Positions 6,639 to 15,630 of a DNA stretch of 25,171 bases are shown piece after piece; positions within the stretch are counted from its first letter, which is position 1; each line of letters starts with the position of its first letter. Origin of the DNA: a virus (Duplodnaviria > Caudoviricetes); IMG/VR virus record IMGVR_UViG_3300030109_001498, positions 1 to 25,171 of that record; one strand, given 5' to 3'. The notes under the pieces are model-generated. The model was not told the origin of the DNA. It worked only from the letters and a program-made list of their open reading frames with translations, and made no database searches. A program made the position numbers and the translations under genes.

Positions 6639-7864
6639 TGCACGAACTAGCCTTACTTAAAACGATGATGGATAAGGACATCTACGACCAACACAAAGGT
6701 ATAAGATTTCCTGATTCGTTATTCACAAAGGACTTACGTAAGATAAAGCAGACGCTTGAATACGCTATGGAAAAGTATGAGAAGTCTTTAACTACATCTA
6801 CACTTGAAGCTTTGTTCTATGCTAACAATGGAACAATGACTACTGCAAACAAAGAAGTCTTTAGAGATTTGTTTAGAAAGATAGATAGAGAGACACCTCT
6901 TAGTAATGACATAGCTACAGATGTTTTATCTAAACTATTCCAAAGAGTAGTAGGAGAGAAGATAGCTAACATCGGATTGGATTACGTAAATGGTAAGTCT
7001 CACAGCCTAGAAGCTATACGTAATGTAATCACAGACTACCAAGATGACTTCATGCCTAACCTCAAGGTGGAATGGGATGACATAAGCATGGATACGCTAC
7101 TCAAAATGAACCAACAGCAAGCACAATGGAAGTTTAACATTCCTAGCCTTGGTCGCAGAATAGAAGGCGTGAGTGGGGGTCATTTAATTATGGTAGGTGC
7201 AAGACCTAACACAGGAAAGACAAGCTTCCACGCCTCTCTTATAGCCTCTGAAGGGGGGTTCGCTTCTCAAGGTGCTAAGTGCATGGTGCTAGTTAACGAA
7301 GAATCGTATGATAGGGTAGGTGAAAGATACATGAATGCAGCTACAGGAATGACAAGTAAACAGATCGTAGCTAACCCACTTAAAGCAGCACAAAAGTATA
7401 ACCCTGTACTGCAACAACTCGTACTAAAAGATACCACTGGTAAAACGATGGAGTGGGTTGAAGCTGTCATCAAAGGGTACAAGCCAGACATAGTTGTACT
7501 TGACATGGGTGATAAGTTTGCTTCACGTACTAGTGATAAGTCCGATGTGTATCTAAAAGATGCCGCCATTCATGCTCGTAACATAGCTAAACAGTATGAC
7601 TGTGCTATCTTCTATATGTCACAGCTATCAGCATCAGCACAGAATGTAGTCAACGTAGATCAGTCCATGCTTGAAGGTAGTAAGACAGGTAAAGCCGCAG
7701 AGACAGACTTGATGATACTCATATCAATGAACAGAGTAGACTACGATAGTGGCGACAAAGATCCAGAGAGACACTTGATTATATCTAAAAATAAATTACA
7801 AGGTGGGTGGCATGGTCGCATAACAGTTGAGTTAGATGGAGATACAGCTAGGTATTCAGCATGA
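6635..7864 (+). CDS. replicative SF4 (DnaB/T7 gp4-like) helicase
   Basis: Walker A GARPNTGKT, NEE, Walker B VVLD, SQLS, ISKNK. Confidence 0.92.
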   Translation: MMHELALLKTMMDKDIYDQHKGIRFPDSLFTKDLRKIKQTLEYAMEKYEKSLTTSTLEALFYANNGTMTTANKEVFRDLFRKIDRETPLSNDIATDVLSKLFQRVVGEKIANIGLDYVNGKSHSLEAIRNVITDYQDDFMPNLKVEWDDISMDTLLKMNQQQAQWKFNIPSLGRRIEGVSGGHLIMVGARPNTGKTSFHASLIASEGGFASQGAKCMVLVNEESYDRVGERYMNAATGMTSKQIVANPLKAAQKYNPVLQQLVLKDTTGKTMEWVEAVIKGYKPDIVVLDMGDKFASRTSDKSDVYLKDAAIHARNIAKQYDCAIFYMSQLSASAQNVVNVDQSMLEGSKTGKAAETDLMILISMNRVDYDSGDKDPERHLIISKNKLQGGWHGRITVELDGDTARYSA

Positions 7865-8394
7865 GACAGTTAGATTTCTTTATAAAAGAAGATACAACTT
7901 TAGTTCAAGATGTATTAGATATAGCAGACATAGCAATATTTTTTGGAGAATCAGGTCAACGTAGAGTTGACTTAAACAGAACTTCAGATTTCTTAAAGTC
8001 TGTACCAAAAGAAAAATATTTATTGTACTCTACTGGGGGCATACACCCATTACCTATGTATGAAAGTCGCACAGACTTTCCTTATATTGTTAATACACAC
8101 ACAGGAAATACCATCATGCCAAATTGTAGTCGTGCAGTATATCCATGTTATACTATTAATAATGGAAAACAGGGTAAACGAGTATACGCACACAGAATAT
8201 TTGGAATGGCATTTGTACCTAACCAATTACCAAAAGATAATTATAATGTAGACCACATAAATGAGGATAAACTAGACTATAAAATAGAAAACTTGCGTTG
8301 GGTTTCAGTTTCAGATAATATGAAAGCAGTTAAGAATAGAGCAAGCTCTAAGAACAAACGGTTTAAGTTTTATTCTAGTGAAAATTTTATTTGA
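7861..8394 (+). CDS. free-standing HNH (HNH_3-type) homing endonuclease
   Basis: YAHRI...AFVPN...VDHINEDKLDY..ENLRWV...DN motif; sits between helicase and polymerase. Confidence 0.85.
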   Translation: MRQLDFFIKEDTTLVQDVLDIADIAIFFGESGQRRVDLNRTSDFLKSVPKEKYLLYSTGGIHPLPMYESRTDFPYIVNTHTGNTIMPNCSRAVYPCYTINNGKQGKRVYAHRIFGMAFVPNQLPKDNYNVDHINEDKLDYKIENLRWVSVSDNMKAVKNRASSKNKRFKFYSSENFI

Positions 8395-8405
8395 GGAGAA
8401 GATAG

Positions 8406-10454
8406 ATGAGACTAGTACTAGATGTAGAGAACACAGTAACAAAGAGAGATGGTAAGACACACCTTGATCCCTTTGAGCCTACCAATACATTGACACAAGT
8501 AGGAATACAAAACCTAGACAACCCTGATGAACAGTACGTTATGACGTTTGATCACGTTGACTATCAAGACATATCGGGCGACCGGGCAAGACAACTACAA
8601 GCTGTGTTAGATAATGCTACTCTAGTGGTAATGCACAACGCACAACACGACTTGATGTGGCTGTGGGCTAGTGGTTTTAAGTATGATGGTGACATATATG
8701 ACACAATGTTAGCTGAATATGTACTACTTAGGGGTCAAAAACGTCCTCTGAGCCTTGAAGCGTGTGCAGAGTATCGTGAATTAGATCATCAGAAGGACGA
8801 CACGCTCAAGAAATACTACAAAGATGGGTATAATACGAATGAGATACCTATAAAAGAGCTAGATCACTACCTAAGATGTGACTTAAATGCAACTGCGTCA
8901 CTATATCACAGTCAAGAAAAGGACTATGCTACTGCTGAAAGTCAAACCTTGCACAACGTCAGAGACATAACCTTCAATGTATGCAAAACACTTACTCGTA
9001 TGTATATGAATGGTATAAAGATTGATGCAGATGTCTTGCAGAGTGTACGCAAAGAGTTTGAAGATGAGAAGGTAGCGATAGAAGACAGACTCAATCTTAC
9101 AGTACGCAAGTACATGGGTGACACACCAATCAATCTCAACAGTGGTGAACAAATGTCTAAAGTGTTATTTAGTCGCACCCCCATTGACAAAAAAACTTGG
9201 GTGGATACATTTGAGTCTATATCACCTGAAGAGTTTAAAGATACACTTAGTACTTACAGTACTATATTAAGTAAGACTAAAGCTAAGATGTGTTTTAAGT
9301 GTAAAGGAAAAGGTAAAGTATTTAAAATAAAGAAAGATGGTAGTAACTTTAAAAAGCCTAGTGGTTGTCCAGACTGTAATGCAAAAGGATACTTACTGTT
9401 AGACACAGGAGTTGTGGCAGGGTTTAAGTTATCACCTAGAGATAAGTCGTGGGTAAATGCTAATGGTTTCAAGACAGGCAAAGATAGTCTCGACATACTT
9501 ATTAGTACAGCACGTAACAATAAAATGAACGAGGCAGTATTGTTTATACAAGACGTTAAAAGATTATCTGCACTTACATCGTACCTATCTACATTCGTAG
9601 AGGGTATCAGTATCTTCACTAAACCTGATGGGTTACTTCACGTTGGACTGACACAACACGTATCAGCTACAGGTAGGTTCAGTGGACGCAATCCGAATAT
9701 GCAAAATATGCCACGAGGTGGTACGTTTCCAGTAAAGAAAGTATTTGTATCACGATGGGAAGGTGGACACATCTTAGAGGCTGACTTCGCACAGCTAGAG
9801 TTTCGTGTAGCTGCACACCTATCTGAAGATAAGACAGCCATTGATGAGATTAACACAGGGTTTGATGTGCATAGTTATACAGCTAAAGTTATAACTGATG
9901 CAGGTCAGAAGACATCACGCCAAGAAGCGAAGGCTCATACCTTTGCTCCTCTCTTTGGGGCTAGTGGCTATGGCAGGAGTAGGGCAGAAGCCTCATACTA
10001 TACACACTTCAACGATAAGTACTCAGGCATAGCTACGTGGCATAAGTCTCTCGCTAAAGAAGTACTTGCTACAGGTAAGATAACTAACGTGTCAGGTAGG
10101 CAGTACGCTTTCCCTGATGCACAACGCAGGGCAGGTGGTAAGGTAACTCACTTCACTATGATCAAGAACTACCCTGTGCAAGGATTAGCTACAGCAGATA
10201 TTGTACCTGTCGTAGTTATGGAACTAGAAGAAAGACTAAGACCTTTGCAGTCTTGTCTCGTTAACACAGTACACGACTCAGCCGTAGTTGATGTACACCC
10301 AAATGAGAAGGAGTATGTGCTACAGATTATACGTAATTTGAATGATGATTTAGATAAAATAATACACGAAGCCTATGGAATAGAGTTGTGTGTACCAATG
10401 TTACTAGAAGCAAAAATAGGTAATAATTGGCTTGACACAAAAGACGTATTGTAG
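8406..10454 (+). CDS. polA: family A DNA polymerase with 3'-5' exonuclease and DnaJ-type zinc-finger insertion (HMO-2011-type)
   Basis: Exo motifs LDVE, HNAQHD, YLRCD; TGRFSGRNPNMQN; motif A DFAQLEFR; motif B RQEAKAHTFAPLFG; motif C VHDS; insertion CFKCKGKG...CPDCNAKG. Confidence 0.96.
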   Translation: MRLVLDVENTVTKRDGKTHLDPFEPTNTLTQVGIQNLDNPDEQYVMTFDHVDYQDISGDRARQLQAVLDNATLVVMHNAQHDLMWLWASGFKYDGDIYDTMLAEYVLLRGQKRPLSLEACAEYRELDHQKDDTLKKYYKDGYNTNEIPIKELDHYLRCDLNATASLYHSQEKDYATAESQTLHNVRDITFNVCKTLTRMYMNGIKIDADVLQSVRKEFEDEKVAIEDRLNLTVRKYMGDTPINLNSGEQMSKVLFSRTPIDKKTWVDTFESISPEEFKDTLSTYSTILSKTKAKMCFKCKGKGKVFKIKKDGSNFKKPSGCPDCNAKGYLLLDTGVVAGFKLSPRDKSWVNANGFKTGKDSLDILISTARNNKMNEAVLFIQDVKRLSALTSYLSTFVEGISIFTKPDGLLHVGLTQHVSATGRFSGRNPNMQNMPRGGTFPVKKVFVSRWEGGHILEADFAQLEFRVAAHLSEDKTAIDEINTGFDVHSYTAKVITDAGQKTSRQEAKAHTFAPLFGASGYGRSRAEASYYTHFNDKYSGIATWHKSLAKEVLATGKITNVSGRQYAFPDAQRRAGGKVTHFTMIKNYPVQGLATADIVPVVVMELEERLRPLQSCLVNTVHDSAVVDVHPNEKEYVLQIIRNLNDDLDKIIHEAYGIELCVPMLLEAKIGNNWLDTKDVL

Positions 10455-10460
10455 TAAAAC
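10432..10460 (+). promoter_or_regulatory. sigma70-type promoter TTGACA-N17-TAAAAC
   Basis: Perfect -35 within the last codons of polA, 17-nt spacer, -10 in the intergenic gap upstream of the SSB-like gene. Confidence 0.6.
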
Positions 10461-10495
10461 TATAGGCTCTTATAACTTATGAAAGGTAAGATAAT

Positions 10496-11401
10496 ATGAA
10501 TACAGAAATAACAGTTGCCACAGAAAATGGTATGTCTATGTCAGAGATGATGGGTGTATCCGTTGGTGAAGGTGGTAAGAAATCTTCTAGCCTAGCTAGG
10601 ATGACTCAGATACACTCAGGCATCATGGGTTCTAGAGATGTAGCAGGTAAGTCTATGAAGATAGAAGTAATACCTTCTGGTGCATACAAGTTGGACTTAG
10701 GTGATGGTAAGATTGCTTACAGCAATAACCCTTCGGTCAGAGTGTTCGTTATACGACAACAGTGGACACGATGGGATAGTGAGTCTAACCAAATGCAGAA
10801 GACTGTACTGTCTATCGACCTCAAGGGTGATCTCAAAGATAACGTAGGTGGGTTTAACATTGGAAGACCTACAGGTTACGTTCAAGATTGGGATGGTCTA
10901 CCTCAAGCTACAAAAGAACTGATGAGACAAGTAAAGAAAACTAAAGTTGTCTTTGGTACAGTTACTTTGTCTGATCCTGTAGACGAGACAGGTAAGCCTC
11001 TATCTGATGTTGGTACTAATATACCATTCATTATGGACATCAAGAACAGAGATAGCATCAGAGCTTTAGATATGGCTATTAAAGATATATCTAGAAAGAA
11101 TGCATTGCCTATAAACTACAACATATCTTTAACAGCTAAAGAGCATACTCTTCCTACAGGAAATACATATGCTTCTATAGTTGTACAAGTAAAAGATAAG
11201 ATAGAGATTGTAGATGCAGACAATGACATACTTAAAGGATTCTTTGAGTGGATCTCTTGGTCTAATGGATATGTTCTTGATCAGTGGGCTACCAAGAATG
11301 GTAGTGGTGCATCGGAAGGAATGTCTGAGATTGTAGCTAAGACTATGAACAAAGACTTAGATGATGCTGACTTCGTAAACGTAGAAGGAGCCGCAGTATA
11401 A
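10496..11401 (+). CDS. putative single-stranded DNA-binding protein
   Basis: Position between PolA and exonuclease as in T7-like/HMO-2011-type replication modules; beta-rich sequence, acidic tail DLDDADF. Function inferred mainly from synteny. Confidence 0.6.
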   Translation: MNTEITVATENGMSMSEMMGVSVGEGGKKSSSLARMTQIHSGIMGSRDVAGKSMKIEVIPSGAYKLDLGDGKIAYSNNPSVRVFVIRQQWTRWDSESNQMQKTVLSIDLKGDLKDNVGGFNIGRPTGYVQDWDGLPQATKELMRQVKKTKVVFGTVTLSDPVDETGKPLSDVGTNIPFIMDIKNRDSIRALDMAIKDISRKNALPINYNISLTAKEHTLPTGNTYASIVVQVKDKIEIVDADNDILKGFFEWISWSNGYVLDQWATKNGSGASEGMSEIVAKTMNKDLDDADFVNVEGAAV

Positions 11402-12261
11402 TGGAACACCCTGCTGAACTATCTGTCTATTCTTTTTTAGCTAAAGCTATGGCTGGAGAAGCTTCTGTATCCAAAGATATTATGGATCAGGTAGCAACAG
11501 ATGTATCTAATGCATTAGACAAGCAGTTCAATGGGAAGCCTAGAGATGAGTTCAAGCTTCGGATGTCCAACGTAGGTCGTCCGAAGTGCCAACTCTGGTT
11601 CGAGAAGAATGACCCTAAAGACAAGACTCCGTTTCCACCTCACTTCCTAATGAATATGTTGTTAGGTGATATAGTGGAGGCTGTCTTTAAGGGTTTACTT
11701 CGGGCTTCTGGTGTCCAGTTTGAAGACAATGATAACGTCACCTTAAAGTTAGGTGATGGTAAAGAGATACAAGGAGAGTATGACTTAGTCTTAGATGGTA
11801 AAGTTGACGACATAAAGTCTGCATCCCCTTGGTCATACAACAATAAGTTTGTAAACTTAGAAACTCTACAGCAAGGCGATAGCTTCGGCTACATACCTCA
11901 ACTGGTAGGGTACGCTAAAGGAGCAGACAAAGATGTTGGTGGTTGGTGGGTAGTCAACAAAGGTACAGGTCAGTTCAAATATGTTAATGCATCAACAGTT
12001 AATACTGAAGAAGTAATTAATAACATTGAAGACACGTATGATTACTTAGATAAAGACGAGCCTTTTGAAAGGTGTTATGAAGCAGTAAATGAAACATTCT
12101 ATAAAAAAGCTACAGGTAATAAGAAGTTGTGTACTGAGTGTAGTTTCTGTTCATACAAACATAAGTGTTGGCCTACGTTAAAGACACAGCCTTCACTCGT
12201 ATCAACTGCCAGAGAAAAACCAATGATAGACTACGTACAAATAGGAAAGGAAGTAGCATGA
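11401..12261 (+). CDS. PD-(D/E)xK (Cas4/RecB-like) exonuclease
   Basis: RMSNVGRPKC, GEYD...DDIKS, QLVGY, C-terminal CSFCSYKHKC Cys cluster. Confidence 0.85.
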   Translation: MEHPAELSVYSFLAKAMAGEASVSKDIMDQVATDVSNALDKQFNGKPRDEFKLRMSNVGRPKCQLWFEKNDPKDKTPFPPHFLMNMLLGDIVEAVFKGLLRASGVQFEDNDNVTLKLGDGKEIQGEYDLVLDGKVDDIKSASPWSYNNKFVNLETLQQGDSFGYIPQLVGYAKGADKDVGGWWVVNKGTGQFKYVNASTVNTEEVINNIEDTYDYLDKDEPFERCYEAVNETFYKKATGNKKLCTECSFCSYKHKCWPTLKTQPSLVSTAREKPMIDYVQIGKEVA

Positions 12262-12473
12262 CATCAATTACAATAGATAATGTAAAACATGAAGAGGCTG
12301 ATTTAACTGATGATCAAAAGAAATTAGTGCAAGAGGTTCAGATAAACCAGAATGCTATAACTCTACTTGACCATCAACTTAACTGTCTTAAAGCAGCAGG
12401 TACAGTAAAACTAGCAGAGCTAAGAAAGATACTGAAACCTGTTGAAGAAAAGACAGATGCCAAAAGCACGTAG
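12258..12473 (+). CDS. small coiled-coil protein (71 aa), DUF6447-like
   Basis: Start moved to ATG 12258 (ATGA overlap, AGGAAG RBS); ITID...DLTDDQK pattern followed by a long helix. Confidence 0.65.
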   Translation: MTSITIDNVKHEEADLTDDQKKLVQEVQINQNAITLLDHQLNCLKAAGTVKLAELRKILKPVEEKTDAKST

Positions 12474-12900
12474 GCACAGTAAGTACAGGTATCGTAGTGG
12501 TCTTGAGAAACAGATCGCTGCGTTCTTACAAGAGGTACAAACCAAAGTAAGATACGAGCAACTTAAAGTAGAATGGGAAGACTTGAGGTATCGTACCTAC
12601 ACACCAGACTTTTTGTTAGACAACGGAATCATAATAGAGAGCAAAGGAATCTTCGACTCTGAAGATAGGCACAAACATACTTGTATAAGACAACAGCATC
12701 CAGAGTTAGACATTAGATTTATATTTAGTAATGCTAAAGCAAAGCTTTACAAAGGAGCTAAGAGTACATATACAGATTGGTGTGAGAAGAATAACTTTAA
12801 GTATGCTCACAGGGTTATACCTGAAGAATGGTTAAAAGAAAAAGGGAAACTAATTAAACATAAACGAATAGTACTAAAGACTGAAAGGAAAGATAAATGA
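12457..12900 (+). CDS. T7 gp3-like endonuclease I (Holliday junction resolvase)
   Basis: YRSGLE, YTPDFLL, IIIESKG, HPELDIRFIF and WCEK motifs. Confidence 0.92.
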   Translation: MPKARRHSKYRYRSGLEKQIAAFLQEVQTKVRYEQLKVEWEDLRYRTYTPDFLLDNGIIIESKGIFDSEDRHKHTCIRQQHPELDIRFIFSNAKAKLYKGAKSTYTDWCEKNNFKYAHRVIPEEWLKEKGKLIKHKRIVLKTERKDK

Positions 12901-13178
12901 GTGTAGATGTACCTAAATATCTATCAGGAAAGAAAAAAGAAGAGGACATAATAAAAGAACCCTCTCACTATACTCGTTACTCTATAGAGCCAGTAACATT
13001 TATAATGCAGAATGGGTTCACTTTTGAGATTGGTAATATAATTAAGTATGCTAGTCGTGCAGGATACAAAATATATGAAGGTATGGATGCAGTAGAGTCA
13101 GAGATAACTGACTTAGAAAAAATTAGACGTTACGCAGAGATGCGTATCAACGTACTACAAGGTAAAGATGTGCTATGA
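12897..13178 (+). CDS. DUF3310 protein (T7 gp1.7-like nucleotide kinase family)
   Basis: PSHY...IEP..FI...GNIIKYASRAG.K...DLEK motif. Confidence 0.8.
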   Translation: MSVDVPKYLSGKKKEEDIIKEPSHYTRYSIEPVTFIMQNGFTFEIGNIIKYASRAGYKIYEGMDAVESEITDLEKIRRYAEMRINVLQGKDVL

Positions 13179-13339
13179 AATCTTTTACTGTAGTATTTAA
13201 AATTGAAGTAGATGAGGAAGCTAACATACTATCTATGTATGAAGGTGGACACGAGCAAGATATAAGAGAACTCGTAGAGGATGTATTCTATGATGTTGAT
13301 GATATAGTTTTAACTAATATAAAGATACAAGAAAGGTAA
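13175..13339 (+). CDS. acidic hypothetical protein (54 aa); not in ORF track
   Basis: MKSFTVVFKIEVDEEANILSMYEGGHEQDIRELVEDVFYDVDDIVLTNIKIQER; ATGA overlap; fills the gap. Confidence 0.75.
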   Translation: MKSFTVVFKIEVDEEANILSMYEGGHEQDIRELVEDVFYDVDDIVLTNIKIQER

Positions 13340-13343
13340 CAAT

Positions 13344-13727
13344 ATGATTACACATGAGGAGCTACAAAAGATGGGGTACTTTGATAGTAAGTTAGATATA
13401 AATGATACAACAGATCAGTTCACTGCTTACAGTGAGTGGGTAGAGAACATGATTATTACACCACCAGAGAAGAGATTGTTTGAAAATCTATTTGGTTTGA
13501 TGAGTGAAGCAGGTGAAGTTGCAGGTAAGATGCAGAAGACTATACGTGATGCTAAGTCTGTATCAAAAGCTGACATGGTCAAAGAGTTAGGTGACGTAAT
13601 ATTCTACGCTACAGCTATAGCTAATGCGTATAAGAGTTCTCTCAAAGAAGTTATAGAAGTAAACATGGACAAGTTAAACAATCGTAAGAGACAAGGCAAA
13701 ATTAAAGGAAGCGGAGACAACAGATAA
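13344..13727 (+). CDS. mazG: MazG-like nucleoside triphosphate pyrophosphohydrolase
   Basis: GLMSEAGEVAGK...KELGDVIFY...N..KL..R...GSGDNR. Confidence 0.9.
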   Translation: MITHEELQKMGYFDSKLDINDTTDQFTAYSEWVENMIITPPEKRLFENLFGLMSEAGEVAGKMQKTIRDAKSVSKADMVKELGDVIFYATAIANAYKSSLKEVIEVNMDKLNNRKRQGKIKGSGDNR

Positions 13728-15436
13728 TGCAATACAGATCTAACTTAAACCCTATGCTGAGATCTAAATTCTCAGAAGACATATTCAACCAGAAGTACAG
13801 ACACGATGGAGCAGAAACGTGGGCTGCATTAGCTCACACTCTTGTAGAAGATGTATGTAAATCCCCTGCCTCATCAGGTAACTCCGATGCTTACCTATCT
13901 AAAGAAGAGAGACAACAGCTAGAAGAATACATTCGAGACATGAAGTTTATTCCCGGTGGTCGTTACTTGTACTACGCAGGTAGACTCAACAAGTTCTTTA
14001 ATAACTGTTACTTACTCAAAGCTGAAGAAGATACACGAGAAGATTGGGCTAACCTATCTTGGAAGTCAGAGAGTTGTCTGATGACAGGTGGTGGTATAGG
14101 TGTAGACTACTCTATCTACAGAGGAGAAGGCGAACCAATACAGAGGACAGGTGGCGAAGCATCTGGACCTATACCTAAGATGAACATGATAAATGAGATT
14201 GGGAGAAGGGTGATGCAGGGTGGCAGTAGAAGATCAGCTATCTACGCTAGTCTTAACTGGCAACATCCTGACATCTATAAGTTTTTGAAGGCTAAAGATT
14301 GGGCATCAATGCCTGTAGGTAGTACAGGTAAAACTCTCTGGGATATAAAGCAAGAAGACTTTAACTTCCCTGCACCTTTAGATATGACAAATGTTTCAGT
14401 AAACTACGATACAAAATGGTTGCTTAACTACTACGAAACTGGTGTAGTTGGACCTACATTTGAGGCTAATGTTACACAAGCTATGAAGACAGCAGAACCC
14501 GGATTCTCATTTAACTTCTTTGATAAAGAGAATGAGACACTACGTAACGCTTGTACCGAAGTAACAAGTGAAGACGATAGTGATGTATGTAACTTGGGTT
14601 CACTGAACTTTGGACGCATCGAAACTCTTACTGAGCTAAAGGATGTTGTACGTCTAGCCACTATGTTCCTTATCTGTGGGACGTTAAAGGCACAGCTACC
14701 TTACGATAAGGTGTATAAAGTAAGATCTAAAAATAGGAGATTAGGTCTAGGCTTTATGGGTGTACACGAGTGGCTCATAAAAAAAGGATATAAATATGAG
14801 GTCACTCCTGAGTTACACCAGTGGCTTTCAGTATATAGGGGAGAGTCTGATAAAGTCTCTAAGGAGTTCTCAGAGAAGTTATCTATTACCAAACCAGTAG
14901 CGAATAGAGCTATAGCACCTACAGGATCTATCGGCATACTAGCTGGTACATCAACAGGCATTGAGCCTATCTTTGCTGTGGCATATAAGAGGAGATATCT
15001 TAAAGGAAATACGAGATGGCATTATCAATATGTTGTAGATAGTGCCGCACAAGAACTCATTGATCTTTACGGTACAGACCCAGAACAAGTTGAGAGTGCG
15101 TTAGACTTAGCTTCAGACTACGAAAGAAGGATAAAGTTTCAAGCTGACGTACAAGACTATGTAGACATGAGTATTAGTTCTACAATTAATCTTCCTGCTT
15201 GGGGTAGTAAACTCAACAACGAAGATACAGTACGTGACTTTGCTTATACTTTAGCAAGCTACGCCCACAGGCTACGTGGGTTTACGTGCTACCCTGATGG
15301 CAGTCGTGGTGGTCAGCCGCTTACGTCTGTACCTTACAGTGAAGCAGTTGAGAAATTAGGGGAAGAGTTTGAAGAAGGTGTATTGACTCACGACATATGT
15401 GACATCAGTGGTCAAGGAGGCTCGTGTGGAGTATGA
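13727..15436 (+). CDS. nrdJ: ribonucleotide reductase, probably class II (adenosylcobalamin-dependent)
   Basis: PGGRYL, NNCY, QGGSRR, NACTE (NPCxE variant), CNLGSLN, RRLGLG, APTG, GIEP, SISSTIN, C-terminal Cys pair; no beta-subunit gene in the window. Confidence 0.85.
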   Translation: MQYRSNLNPMLRSKFSEDIFNQKYRHDGAETWAALAHTLVEDVCKSPASSGNSDAYLSKEERQQLEEYIRDMKFIPGGRYLYYAGRLNKFFNNCYLLKAEEDTREDWANLSWKSESCLMTGGGIGVDYSIYRGEGEPIQRTGGEASGPIPKMNMINEIGRRVMQGGSRRSAIYASLNWQHPDIYKFLKAKDWASMPVGSTGKTLWDIKQEDFNFPAPLDMTNVSVNYDTKWLLNYYETGVVGPTFEANVTQAMKTAEPGFSFNFFDKENETLRNACTEVTSEDDSDVCNLGSLNFGRIETLTELKDVVRLATMFLICGTLKAQLPYDKVYKVRSKNRRLGLGFMGVHEWLIKKGYKYEVTPELHQWLSVYRGESDKVSKEFSEKLSITKPVANRAIAPTGSIGILAGTSTGIEPIFAVAYKRRYLKGNTRWHYQYVVDSAAQELIDLYGTDPEQVESALDLASDYERRIKFQADVQDYVDMSISSTINLPAWGSKLNNEDTVRDFAYTLASYAHRLRGFTCYPDGSRGGQPLTSVPYSEAVEKLGEEFEEGVLTHDICDISGQGGSCGV

Positions 15437-15630
15437 GTATAATCAGAGAGGCAGAACAGTATATTAAAGATCGAAAGTATAAACTCATAAAAGGGGTAGC
15501 TGAAAAGCTAGACCCTTTAGAGGAATACATACAAGATACTATGAGTGATTCTTTAGAGAAAGATAAAGCTATTGAACATTTAACTGAAGTGTTTATGTGG
15601 TGTAAGAGATACACAGATATTAGAAGATAG
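15433..15630 (+). CDS. 65-aa helical-hairpin protein, Tad1/Acb2-like
   Basis: Start moved to ATG 15433 (ATGA overlap); SLEKDKAIEHLTEVFMWCKR matches the SxE...A..H..E..MW..R hairpin pattern. Confidence 0.6.
   Translation: MSIIREAEQYIKDRKYKLIKGVAEKLDPLEEYIQDTMSDSLEKDKAIEHLTEVFMWCKRYTDIRR

Noticed and set aside
3814-8251. Alternate-frame + strand ORFs 3814-4029 and 8060-8251
   Set aside because: Fully nested in the glycosylase and HNH genes with no supporting motif
11401-12261. Cas4-like nuclease as evidence of a CRISPR-Cas system
   Set aside because: No other cas genes or array; such nucleases are routine in phage replication modules
8406-15436. Intein or intron in PolA or RNR
   Set aside because: Both frames are continuous and compact, with no splice-junction or LAGLIDADG motifs seen
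230-15614. Minus-strand ORFs in the track overlapping + strand genes (230, 3921, 7267, 8901, 8942, 9254, 9638, 10697, 11640, 14431, 14701, 15405)
   Set aside because: Antisense shadows of well-supported genes, with no recognisable motifs
15433-15630. ORF after the RNR as a class I beta subunit
   Set aside because: 65 aa is far too short for a ferritin-like beta subunit
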